Position numbers and translations under genes: made by a program. 64,000 nt of DNA from Acidimicrobiia bacterium (lineage in GTDB: Bacteria; Actinomycetota; Acidimicrobiia; Acidimicrobiales; SHLQ01), in assembly GCA_033344795.1 (NCBI GenBank), contig JAWPMS010000001.1, positions 2,344,507 through 2,408,506 on the forward strand, read 5' to 3'. The notes under the pieces were generated by a model, which saw only the letters and a list, made by a program, of their open reading frames with translations, was not told the origin of the DNA and searched no databases. Numbering within the stretch: the stretch's first letter is position 1; each line of letters opens with the position of its first letter. Shown one piece after another: positions 48,056 through 56,701 of the stretch.

Positions 48056-48653
48056 GATTCTCGCGGCGAACGGGCATGCGCTTGAGTTGCTGGACGGCGC
48101 GCCCGAGGAAGAGATAGTTGGTGCTGAGCGGCAGGTCGGGTTCACCTTTGCGCCCGAGGTTCGTGAGCTCTATGCCCACAGCAACGGACTGACGGTTCCG
48201 GGCGTCGGCTTGTTGTTCCTGCCTCCTTCGATGTCTTTTCTGCAGCTCGAGAACGGTCATTCATATCGTTCTTCGTTCAAGAATGCCCCCGAACTTGCTT
48301 CGGAGGACCTGCAGAATCCGGGTGTCCGCGGTCCGGGCGGCGTGCCTCTCGAGGTCCTGGCCGTTTTTTGGGGTGGTGAGGGCACTGTTGCCGTTGAGTG
48401 TTCTGAGCATGCGCAGGGTGCGGTGATGTTTCTCAACGATGACGCCCGGTTCTTCTGGGTGGCGCGGAGTTTGACGGAGTTATTTGAGCGGTACGTCGAT
48501 GCCTATGAGAAGGGCATCATTGAGTGGGATGACATGGGCTATCCGGCTGTCAGGCGTCGGTATGAGTCGAAGATGGTCGAGTACACGAGCGACGAGCCTC
48601 CACGTGGTAGCTGCAGTGTCTGGCATTGGGACGACTGGGCCACAGGTCACTGA
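48012..48653 (+). CDS. SMI1/KNR4 (SUKH-1) family protein (immunity-protein-like)
   Basis: From ATG 48012 (AGGGGAG SD): LELLDGAPEEEIVGAERQVGFTFAPEVRELYAHSNG...LTELFERYV pattern typical of SMI1_KNR4. Confidence 0.65.
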   Translation: MTLSRLTDGFDAWCEILAANGHALELLDGAPEEEIVGAERQVGFTFAPEVRELYAHSNGLTVPGVGLLFLPPSMSFLQLENGHSYRSSFKNAPELASEDLQNPGVRGPGGVPLEVLAVFWGGEGTVAVECSEHAQGAVMFLNDDARFFWVARSLTELFERYVDAYEKGIIEWDDMGYPAVRRRYESKMVEYTSDEPPRGSCSVWHWDDWATGH

Positions 48654-48798
48654 CTGTCGAATCGTTCACGTCGCCAACGTCGGAGAACTCTTCAAGGACA
48701 GCGAACGCTTGGTGAGGAGTTGGCGAGTCTGAGCTGAGACCCTGATTCTGGTCCACCTGGACCGGACAACGGGTCCCTCTCAAGTCAGCCAGGTTGTG

Positions 48799-49812
48799 TC
48801 AGTCGGTAGTGTCTCGTTCGGCGACGAACGGCCCGAGTTGTTCCCATATCTCGATGAGGCAGTAAGAGTAGGGGACGACTTCGGAGTGTTCGAACAGGTC
48901 AGCGGGATCGCCTGTGAGATCACCGAACGTCGGGTTCAGTTCAGCGCGCCCATCACCATTGGTCTCGAAGATCGCGTTTACGAAGACGGCGGTCTCCATT
49001 TGCGGCTCGTTGGGGGCGAGCCAAGAGGAGATCAGCCATGCGCCTGCGTCAACATCTCCGGTCTCGCGGATCCTGACGAACTCAGAGGAGAGAACGTTCA
49101 CGTCATCGATGTCGTGCTCGATGAGTGGCCTGGCTGCGCTGACCGTGCCGGTGGCTGCGAGGGGTGTCGTGCCATAGCCGGGATGGACCTCTGGGTTGTT
49201 GTGCCAGAAAGGTTCGTACTGCTGCATCAGGCTGCCCCAGTGAGTGACCGATGCCTCGATGTTGTTGCCGCAATCATAGCTGTAGTGCACGACGGGGAAA
49301 CCCTCAGCGGCAAGTCCGTATGCGACGCTTGTGTTGTCGGCGACGATTGTGTCAGCGCTCGGTACGTATCCCTCGTCCCAGATCCCGACGTACTCGAAGC
49401 CTTCGAGATCCTCGAAGAAACGAATTGGTTCCGCGGGCGGATCGTACTGCGGGCGTTGACGCTCGGGCGGAAGTTCAAACGTGTGGGCCTCAATTCGGAT
49501 GTCTTCGAGCTCTGACGAAGGCGCTACAGGGTCAGCGAGCCTTTCGGATGTGGCGTCTTGCTGGTCGAGATGTTTCGGCTCGGCGGCAGACATGGCTTGT
49601 GGGTCTGCTGTGCCCTGTTCGGTTTGGGGCGGGAGCGCTTCACTCCCGGGGTTGGCCGAGTTTGTTGTCGGGCTGGCGAATGGAGCAGCCACTGGAGTCG
49701 GATTTTGATCCGACGCCACGACCGAAGAAGAGGTATCCGAGGTACACGCCGCGCTCATAAGCGAACTCACTGATATCGCTGCAACTATGACATAGCGTTT
49801 TCGAGGACCCAC
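48799..49812 (-). CDS. hypothetical lipoprotein (islet cargo)
   Basis: RKRYVIVAAISVSSLMSAAC lipoprotein signal if started at GTG 49812; the track start is 49944. Ser/Pro-rich linker. No recognised domain. Confidence 0.5.
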   Translation of the reverse strand: MGPRKRYVIVAAISVSSLMSAACTSDTSSSVVASDQNPTPVAAPFASPTTNSANPGSEALPPQTEQGTADPQAMSAAEPKHLDQQDATSERLADPVAPSSELEDIRIEAHTFELPPERQRPQYDPPAEPIRFFEDLEGFEYVGIWDEGYVPSADTIVADNTSVAYGLAAEGFPVVHYSYDCGNNIEASVTHWGSLMQQYEPFWHNNPEVHPGYGTTPLAATGTVSAARPLIEHDIDDVNVLSSEFVRIRETGDVDAGAWLISSWLAPNEPQMETAVFVNAIFETNGDGRAELNPTFGDLTGDPADLFEHSEVVPYSYCLIEIWEQLGPFVAERDTTD

Positions 49813-50223
49813 TTCCCGTTTATCGTCGTCCAACGACCTTGCCTGAAGGATCAAGTTGTGTTCGGTGTGCCAGTACCGGCATTCACTCTTCCCGTCGTTG
49901 TTCTGGGAGGCGCTTCTCAGATCGGAGGTGCACAGGAGGTGCACGGCACCCGCCGACAGCGGCCGGCTTCAGCCGGACACAACAGGACTGCCTGGACAAG
50001 AATCCTTGAGGACTCAGGACCTGCCGACACGACATCGCATTGGCTGGACAATTCAGGCGAGACTTAAACACCGCTTCTCTTCTGTGGCGAGCCGAGTGTC
50101 CCTAGTTTTGTCCCTAGTAACCGGTCATGCGGGACGTGACAGAACATTCCGAGATGGACGGAAACGTTGAAAACACAGCACTCAACGACACCCGGCGATA
50201 CCAGCTAGACAGGTCAGAAGGAC

Positions 50224-50302
50224 CCACGACATCTTCGAAGGCACCGAGCAGATCCAGCAGCTGGTCATCAGCCGGGCCATCTCGGGCATGCGCATCGAGT
50301 AG
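50224..50302 (+). repeat. 79-bp direct repeat, copy B (orphan copy of ACAD 3' end); candidate attR
   Basis: See copy A. No ACAD-like sequence precedes it. Confidence 0.9.
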
Positions 50303-50320
50303 AGCTGAGCAGGCGTGACC

Positions 50321-51085
50321 TCAGTTGGCGGCTTCGGGGCGGGCGAAGCCGACGAGCTCGATCAGCCGGTCGGTGTCACAACCCGCAGCGTCGGACGACC
50401 CGGCGGTGAGGACGGTGTCGAGGATCGTGGCGATGGCTGCCGTGACGGCGTCTTCGCGAGCTCGCGCCTCTTCGAGCAGGATCGGGAATTCGCCGTCGTC
50501 GGCGTCGAGTGTGGCCGCGAGGCGAGCCCGCGCGTCGGAGTCGAATTGCACCCGATCATCGTCGATCGACTCGAGCCCCGAGAAGGCGTCGTCGACCAGG
50601 ACGAGCAGGTCCGGCTGCGAAGTCGGACTGAACGACCAGTTCTCGATTCCGCGCCACTGATCCACGCCGTCGACGAGCGCAGTGAACTCCGTTGGGCAGA
50701 ACGTCACGAGCGCAGGCACGAGCGCAGGCGCGGGTGCCGGATCGTCGGCCGTGTCGACCGCCTCTTGTGCCGACTGGAACTGCGTCAGGCCGATGGCGAC
50801 AACGGCGATCAGCGCCGCTGCGGCGGCGAGTAGCCGAACGATGGGCCGGTTGCCTGCTCGCTGATCAATGTCTGGTTGCAGCTCGATGACGGGGGCCGCG
50901 AAATCGTCGATCGCGTCGGGTGGGCCGATCACGGGGGGGACCTCCGCCAACTCATCACTCGTGGCCGGGCTAGACGCCTCCGCCGGGAGGCCGAGTCGCG
51001 CCCGTACCCGATCGCGCTCGTCGGCCCGCAGCGCACGTGGGCGGTCGGCGTCGCTCAGCAGCTCGCTGAGCTCGTGGTCATCCAT
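50321..51085 (-). CDS. anti-sigma factor-like membrane protein
   Basis: From ATG 51085 (overlaps the sigma gene stop by 8 nt): short cytoplasmic N-terminus, one TM (IVRLLAAAAALIAVVAIGL), extracytoplasmic domain. Confidence 0.55.
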   Translation of the reverse strand: MDDHELSELLSDADRPRALRADERDRVRARLGLPAEASSPATSDELAEVPPVIGPPDAIDDFAAPVIELQPDIDQRAGNRPIVRLLAAAAALIAVVAIGLTQFQSAQEAVDTADDPAPAPALVPALVTFCPTEFTALVDGVDQWRGIENWSFSPTSQPDLLVLVDDAFSGLESIDDDRVQFDSDARARLAATLDADDGEFPILLEEARAREDAVTAAIATILDTVLTAGSSDAAGCDTDRLIELVGFARPEAAN

Positions 51086-51605
51086 CGTGCTCTCCAGCTT
51101 CGTTTCGGTTGCTGTCGTATGCCGTACGGAAGGCCTGCTTGGCCCGGCCGAGCAGCGACTCCGTGGCCTTGTAGGACGACCCGAGTGCTTCAGCCACCTC
51201 ACTCGTGGAGAAGCCGTCGACGTAGCGCAGCACCAACGCAGCACGCTGCCGGTCGCTCAGTGACGCCAGCGCCTCCTCGACGGCACCATCAGGGTCGGTT
51301 TCTGGTGCCGCCGGCTCGCTACTGAACTCCCGCTGCAGTCGGTCGAACCGCCGTTGTTGGCGCGACGACGTCCTCCAGTGGTCCACGAGCCGACGACGAG
51401 CGACCGTCGTCAGCCACCCGCCGCTGACCTCCGCAGCCCGACCTTCGGCGCAGAGTTTCCCCGCAGCCAAGAACGTCTCGGTGAGGAGGTCCTCGGCCAC
51501 GGCGCGGCTCCCACAGCGATGCAGCAGGAAACCGAAGACGCGCTCGGACTCTTGCTCGAAGATCGCTCCGAGGAGTGCAGTAGGGTCCGCGACAATCACC
51601 TCCAT
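51078..51605 (-). CDS. ECF-type RNA polymerase sigma-70 family factor
   Basis: 175 aa from ATG 51605. Region 2 (FGFLLHRCGSRAVAEDLLTETF..RLVDHWR) and region 4 (LSDRQRAALVLRYVDGFSTSEVAEALGSSYKATESLLGRAK). Confidence 0.85.
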   Translation of the reverse strand: MEVIVADPTALLGAIFEQESERVFGFLLHRCGSRAVAEDLLTETFLAAGKLCAEGRAAEVSGGWLTTVARRRLVDHWRTSSRQQRRFDRLQREFSSEPAAPETDPDGAVEEALASLSDRQRAALVLRYVDGFSTSEVAEALGSSYKATESLLGRAKQAFRTAYDSNRNEAGEHDG

Positions 51606-51710
51606 GCCCTTCTGTCGCTCGGCACGGCCCGAATCCCTCGCGAGCGTCGGTTCCGAAGTCGCTCGATTATCGCGCGAGGGATTTGGCGGCGCCGGAGCGA
51701 TACCGGTTCC

Positions 51711-53135
51711 ATGGAACGCACACCGATGTCTCGAATCCACCGATCCTTTGCCCTCGCCGTGGGCCTAGCGCTGGCCGTCCTGGCCAGTGCATGTTCGTCC
51801 GACTCGCCCGACGCGCAAGCCGAGGTGCAAGCCGTCGAATCGACAACGACCACCGCGGCACCAACCACGACTGTGGCGTCGACGACAACCGGAGCGCCCG
51901 CGCCTCCCGAACCGGTGGCGCTCACCGGCACGGCAGTCGAGTCCCTCCTGGTGGACCTGCCGAGCGAGGACGGCTGGCTGTTGCCCGCCGGGTCATGGAC
52001 GTCAGACGTGTTCTCCGTGGGCGTGGAGTGGACGTCTCCAGTCGACATGTACCTCGAACAGGCGGCCGCCCACTTCGTGCAGCTCCGGCCGGTCGACGGC
52101 GGTTCGCCTATATGGGTTTTTGAGCCGTTCGAGCTCGCAGGTCCGCAGGGCTGGTTCGCCATACCCCGGCCATTCGACCTGGCGATTTTTGCGGCCAACC
52201 CGGAAATCGAGATGCACAGCCAGACGTCGGACGGTCCGGCTTCGGCGGACTTCACGGTGGTCGGCGAGCGGGTCGGATCGGGCACTCCGTGTCCGTACGA
52301 TGCCGAGCTCTCGTGCACCGCAGGCTTCGGGACGAGGGCATGGGTGGTCAGCCCCCCGCTGGACGTCCAAAGCCGGCTCGTCACCGCGGACCCCGACCTC
52401 CCGATGGTCGTCGCAACCTACGGTGATTCGAGCGGCCCCGGGGCGAACGCCGCGCTTGCCGTCGAGATCGCAACAAGCATCCGGACCGGAGAGGTCGAAA
52501 AGCCAGCCACCACATTCGTCTCCGCCGTGAACTCGCAATCGGGCGAGCTCCCTGCCGGCGTGCTTCGAGGCCGACTCGGACAAGATGCGGTGATCGAGTT
52601 CGCATTCGACGAGCCGGCCGCAAACTGGAGCCGACGGTGGTCGTATTACCGCACGATCGACCTCTTGACGTCCTCGGGACCACAGGCCTCGGCCAGCATC
52701 TTTGCGTTGACAGGCGCGATCGACCCCGAGGCTGAGCAGCAGTTCGGCACCGAAGGCGTCCTGGCAGAACCTCCGCAAGGCGTCGACGAGGTTGAAGCCT
52801 GGCTCGGGAAGCTCGTGGCCATCGTCGACTCTGGCGAAGCGACCTTCGGCAACGCGCCTGCAGCGTGGTGGGACGTCACCGTCGACGACACCGTGGACAG
52901 CTCGCCGTGCCAAGTCGCACATTTGCAGGGCCCGGACGCCTTGTGCGTCGACTACCGCTGGGACGAGCGCTGGTTTTCGATCCCAAGCGGCACGATAACG
53001 CGGATGTACTACGTGCCCGGTCCTGAGGTGTTGCTCTATCTCGAAGCGGGATCGGATTCGACCCTGGACGACGCGCTCGCGGCGGCAGCACCGCTACTCG
53101 ACAACCTCGCCATCTCGGCGGTCGCCGACGGCTAG
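51711..53135 (+). CDS. hypothetical lipoprotein
   Basis: MSRIHRSFALAVGLALAVLASAC lipoprotein signal (start 51711 or 51726), Thr-rich linker. The track ORF from 51354 is antisense to the sigma gene and was trimmed. Confidence 0.6.
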   Translation: MERTPMSRIHRSFALAVGLALAVLASACSSDSPDAQAEVQAVESTTTTAAPTTTVASTTTGAPAPPEPVALTGTAVESLLVDLPSEDGWLLPAGSWTSDVFSVGVEWTSPVDMYLEQAAAHFVQLRPVDGGSPIWVFEPFELAGPQGWFAIPRPFDLAIFAANPEIEMHSQTSDGPASADFTVVGERVGSGTPCPYDAELSCTAGFGTRAWVVSPPLDVQSRLVTADPDLPMVVATYGDSSGPGANAALAVEIATSIRTGEVEKPATTFVSAVNSQSGELPAGVLRGRLGQDAVIEFAFDEPAANWSRRWSYYRTIDLLTSSGPQASASIFALTGAIDPEAEQQFGTEGVLAEPPQGVDEVEAWLGKLVAIVDSGEATFGNAPAAWWDVTVDDTVDSSPCQVAHLQGPDALCVDYRWDERWFSIPSGTITRMYYVPGPEVLLYLEAGSDSTLDDALAAAAPLLDNLAISAVADG

Positions 53136-53156
53136 GTGTTGTAGCTGGGTTGGTTA

Positions 53157-53219
53157 TTCGCAACGCTGCTTCCAGGCGATCGATCGGTTGCCGTTGTCGG
53201 TGAGGATCCGTTCGATCTG
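53157..53219 (-). mobile_element. possible remnant (21 codons) of an IS481/IS3-type DDE transposase
   Basis: Reads QIERILTDNGNRSIAWKQRCE-stop, which resembles the (V/I)LTDNGS.YRS..W stretch of rve-domain transposases. Too short to be sure. Confidence 0.25.
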
Positions 53220-53226
53220 ACAGTGG

Positions 53227-53370
53227 CTAGGTAGTCCCCGACTGGTCAACCACGTCCGAAGCAGATGAGGCATCCGTCGGGTTCCGACCCGGCGGATGCC
53301 CAAGCGCCTGCAGCCCGCGTGCGAGGTCGCGCGGGCGGTGGCTTCCCACAGGGACTGGCCTTCGGACACG
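53227..53370 (-). pseudogene. orphan, frameshifted copy of the 3' end of the HD-domain gene at 56702-57403
   Basis: 53225-53307 matches 56700-56782 at 80/83, including a 63-nt perfect run. Weaker similarity continues to about 53365. Translates ...ALGHPPGRNPTDASSASDVVDQSGTT against ...ALGHPPGRNPTDASSASDVVDEPRTT. Confidence 0.6.
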
Positions 53371-53437
53371 TGTAGTTCGGGTGGGCCGCGGCGGCTTCCC
53401 AGAGGGTTCCAGCAGCAAGTGTGAGCAATAGCTGAAT

Positions 53438-54628
53438 CTACAGTTCGATTCGCTCTGCGCGGAGCTGCTCGAGTTCGGGTGGATCGGGAAAGTCAAGCAC
53501 TCTGACCCGAGCGGGGTAGTGGTTGGTCGGTTCTAACCGATGGCCACAGATCTCCTCGACTGCCTTCCAGGGGACCAAAAACACAGGGATCTCGGGGTTC
53601 TGGAAGAACGCAACGATGTCCGTGCGGGGAAGCAGCGTGTCAACGTCCTCAGACCAGGTGCACATGGAGAAGATCTCTCCGTTGGAAGTCTGCTTTGCTG
53701 AGTACGTTGCCACGAAGAGTTCATCGTCGAGGTGCGTATTGAGCACTGCCTGTTGAGTCGCGTAGCCGCTTGCGAGGTCGACAACGATCAGTTTGTGCAC
53801 GGCCTCGAACGCTGGGTGTGTGTAGGAAAGCTCGAGCGGACGCCAGTTGTCCGTGTCGCCGATGATTGGTGTGAGGCTCACCGGGTCCGCTTCATCTTTG
53901 AGGCTGAGAGCGAGCTCCGCAGCGATTCGAAGTCCCTCGGAGTTGCCGGCGTCTGCAACCAGACACCGTCGTCGCGTCGGCTGAAAGACGACCTTCTCTC
54001 CCGAGATGGGAAGGCCGTCGAGTGCGCCTGGCAGGAGCAATCTGGCGCCTGCGTAGTCATCTTCACCGACTGGCACGAATAGCAGATCGCCCACGCATTC
54101 CCACGCCTGGACCGAGTCGGCGGCAAGGTTGTCTTTGCCGATCTGAAGTAGCTCTTCGAATGAGCGGCCGTTTTCAGCAACTTGATCGGTGGTGGCGATC
54201 TGCATTGTCGTCGGCGAGTCCGCAATCAGACACCACACGAGATCGGCGGCGATGGGAGCTGTTGGCATCGTTGAGCTTGTTGGCAACCCACCTTCTTGGC
54301 CGCCTTGAAGACTGATGGTTTCCAGCGTCGCCCGAGAACGCACGCCTGCTCGAAGTTGCGCCAAGTGGAGCTGGGGCGGCGTGTTTGCATCACGGTATAT
54401 GCCCTGGAGCACGCCATCGAGCCACGGCTCCCGGTCCGCAGGTTCGTGTTCGTGCCACTTGAGCCGAAGGTTGTGGAGATAGGCGATGTGGTCACCGATG
54501 TTCAGTGTGTCGCCGGGGCCGTCGACGATGGCCGCATCTTTCGGCGCATGCCGTCGCGACAGTTCGCGGACCGCTTGATCGAAGTCCGACATGTCGATCT
54601 CTGCGATCTTCTTCTTGAAAAATGCCAT
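53438..54628 (-). CDS. hypothetical protein
   Basis: Start taken at MAFFKKKIAEID (ATG 54628), 396 aa. No recognised motif. Confidence 0.5.
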   Translation of the reverse strand: MAFFKKKIAEIDMSDFDQAVRELSRRHAPKDAAIVDGPGDTLNIGDHIAYLHNLRLKWHEHEPADREPWLDGVLQGIYRDANTPPQLHLAQLRAGVRSRATLETISLQGGQEGGLPTSSTMPTAPIAADLVWCLIADSPTTMQIATTDQVAENGRSFEELLQIGKDNLAADSVQAWECVGDLLFVPVGEDDYAGARLLLPGALDGLPISGEKVVFQPTRRRCLVADAGNSEGLRIAAELALSLKDEADPVSLTPIIGDTDNWRPLELSYTHPAFEAVHKLIVVDLASGYATQQAVLNTHLDDELFVATYSAKQTSNGEIFSMCTWSEDVDTLLPRTDIVAFFQNPEIPVFLVPWKAVEEICGHRLEPTNHYPARVRVLDFPDPPELEQLRAERIEL

Positions 54629-54665
54629 CGCCTCATATCGACGGACGAACAGCGAGGGTTGAGAC

Positions 54666-55628
54666 CTACGTGAGCGGTCGAATCTCCGAACCGTCGTGGG
54701 AGATTTCGATTCGGTCAAAATCGTTGGCGAGGTGAAGCCCTCCTCGGAAGTGCTGTCGGGCCTCGTCGCGAACGTCGCTGATCGTCAGACCATCGCCGTG
54801 ACTTGTGTAGCGCGGGCTGAAGTGAGTGAGAACCAAATTGCGGACGCCGTTCGCCTGTGCGGCGGCTGCGACCCGCTCTGCGGTGCTGTGGCCGCGGTCG
54901 TCGCCGAGTGTTGCGAGCACCGGTTCTGTGTACGTCGCTTCATGCACAGCGACATCGGCGCCCGCCGTCGTTTCGAATAGTGCCGCTGGTGCGGCATTGT
55001 CCCCAGAGATCACGATCCGTCTACCCGGCCGCGACGGCCCCGTGACCCTGTCGGGCTTCACTGTCTGGCCGTTGGTCAGCTCGACGGACTCGCCGCGTTG
55101 GAGTTGTGCGAACATCGGTCCTTCGGGCACTCCGGCTGCGCGTGCTGCCTCGACGTTGAACTGACCGGGCCGATCTCCTTCACGCACCGACCAAGCGAGG
55201 CTCGTCACCCGGTGGGTGAGGGGTACGGCGTCGACGGTTATTGCTGCGTCGTCGATGACTCGTCCGCCGTCGGGGCTGACCTCGTGGATCTCCATTGGGT
55301 AGGCGAGGTGGGTGCTCGAAGCGGTGAGGACAGTCTCGAGCATTGCTTTCAGGCCAGGTGGTCCGTAGATCGTAAGCGGAGCGATCGTTCCGTCCATCGA
55401 TCGTGAACCAAGGAGGCCGAACAACCCGAAGCAGTGATCGCCGTGCAGGTGGCTGATGAAGATTCGCCGGAGCTTTGACAGTGAGAGCGAGGTCTTGAGC
55501 AGTTGGTGCTGGGTGGCTTCGCCACAGTCGAACAGATCCCAGTGTCCGTCGATTCGAAGTGCGAGGCCAGTGACGTTTCGCTCCATGGTGGGTGTACCCG
55601 AGGACGTACCGAGAAAGGTCAACTCCAT
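54666..55628 (-). CDS. rnz: ribonuclease Z (tRNA 3' endonuclease, MBL fold)
   Basis: MELTFLGTSSGTPT..RNVT..LFDCGEATQHQLL...ISHLHGDHCFGLFGLLGSRS...HEAT...LTHFSPRY. Collinear with B. subtilis RNase Z as I recall it. Confidence 0.85.
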   Translation of the reverse strand: MELTFLGTSSGTPTMERNVTGLALRIDGHWDLFDCGEATQHQLLKTSLSLSKLRRIFISHLHGDHCFGLFGLLGSRSMDGTIAPLTIYGPPGLKAMLETVLTASSTHLAYPMEIHEVSPDGGRVIDDAAITVDAVPLTHRVTSLAWSVREGDRPGQFNVEAARAAGVPEGPMFAQLQRGESVELTNGQTVKPDRVTGPSRPGRRIVISGDNAAPAALFETTAGADVAVHEATYTEPVLATLGDDRGHSTAERVAAAAQANGVRNLVLTHFSPRYTSHGDGLTISDVRDEARQHFRGGLHLANDFDRIEISHDGSEIRPLT

Positions 55629-55753
55629 CGCGCATGCTTAGCACGAGGCTGTTCTCGGCAGCCTTCTCCCAGTTACATCTTGACGGCACCGAGCAGCTCC
55701 GGCAGCTCGTGATCAGCGGGGCGACTGATCGCGCGCTGTGTCATGTCTGAGTG

Positions 55754-55779
55754 CTGAAACGGTGCAGAAACGGTCAGAC
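55754..55779 (+). promoter_or_regulatory. 11-bp-phased direct repeat CTGAAACGGTGCAGAAACGGTCAGAC (candidate SARP box), copy 1
   Basis: Shares AACGGTGCAGAAACGGTC (18/18) and 23/26 overall with 61041-61066. Lies about 75-95 nt upstream of the CAP-like gene start. Confidence 0.5.
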
Positions 55780-55849
55780 CTCCAAGGTGTCTTCACGCCG
55801 CATTGCGGCGCGCATCGCACGAGCGGTGACAGCAGACGGGAGAATGACC

Positions 55850-56695
55850 ATGAAGAACCAACTACACGTGCCACGTCGGGGTGCCGCCCTGCTACTCGTG
55901 GTAGCGATCGTCGGAGCGCTGACCATGTCGCTGGCACCTGCTGGGGCAGCGCCTGGTGGTGGCAAAGCAAAGGTTGGGGTCTGTCACTTCGACGATGACG
56001 GCAAGGTGAAGCTGCTGATGGTTGCCGAACGCGGGGCCAGGGCGTTGCTGCGCAAAGGCGACGTGCAACCAGGCGATGCGGTGCCTGGACTCGACGGCGT
56101 TGTCTACGACGACCAGTGTCGACCCGTGTTCCCGCACGCGCAAGTGGCGCTCGACGTCTTGAACGAGGTCAGGTTCGGCATCGATCCGCCGTGCGATCCC
56201 AACGCGGTTCCGACGCCGTGTGGGCCCGAGAACGGCGGTTTGTTGCCCCCGGTGGTGTGGGACCAGGGACTGGCCGACTTGGCCGCTCCGATCGCCGCCG
56301 CTTGTCCGGTCTTCACCCCAGGCCCGGAGGCGCACCCCGATGGCATGGCGTCGAACATCTACCTTCACTGGAGCCCCGATCCGGTCACGGACGCCGAATT
56401 GGCCGAGCTTGCCATACGAAACTGGGCCGAGAAGCAGATTCAATACAACGCGTTGACGGGCGGCTCGATTCGCAATGGCGATACGAGCCAGCTGAGCTTC
56501 GTACGCCTGATTTCGGCAACCCGCGTAGGCATGGCGGTGAAGGCCGACTGCCCGAACAACCGGGGCGTCGCGTTCATGATCCTCGACCCCGCGCCCGCCG
56601 ACGGACCTGCCTACCCGCCGATCTGCGACCTGCCGGAGTCGGAGTGGGGTTCCCGTCCTTGTGTCGCCGATCCGATTCCCTCACCCGGCGCCTGA
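55850..56695 (+). CDS. secreted CAP/SCP/PR1-like protein
   Basis: Start at ATG 55850 (GGGAGA SD): MKNQLHVPRRGAALLLVVAIVGALTMSLAPAGA signal. The C-terminal region has weak CAP-like features. Family call tentative. Confidence 0.5.
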   Translation: MKNQLHVPRRGAALLLVVAIVGALTMSLAPAGAAPGGGKAKVGVCHFDDDGKVKLLMVAERGARALLRKGDVQPGDAVPGLDGVVYDDQCRPVFPHAQVALDVLNEVRFGIDPPCDPNAVPTPCGPENGGLLPPVVWDQGLADLAAPIAAACPVFTPGPEAHPDGMASNIYLHWSPDPVTDAELAELAIRNWAEKQIQYNALTGGSIRNGDTSQLSFVRLISATRVGMAVKADCPNNRGVAFMILDPAPADGPAYPPICDLPESEWGSRPCVADPIPSPGA

Positions 56696-56701
56696 GATTG
56701 G

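Larger units (their letters stand above)
46797..50223. mobile_element. 3.4-kb insertion (genomic islet) bracketed by direct repeats of the ACAD 3' end; no integrase present
   Basis: Sharp repeat boundaries. The cargo is three ORFan or accessory genes including SMI1/KNR4. GC is locally lower (47221-47280 is 28/60 GC by hand count). Confidence 0.5.

Noticed and set aside
53245-53307. tRNA-like fragment in the 63-nt perfect repeat core (GGGTTCCGACCC resembles a T-arm), which would have explained island integration
   Set aside because: The stem-loop has a 4-nt loop rather than the 7-nt TPsiC loop. No acceptor or anticodon arms can be drawn. The sequence is inside a protein-coding tail.
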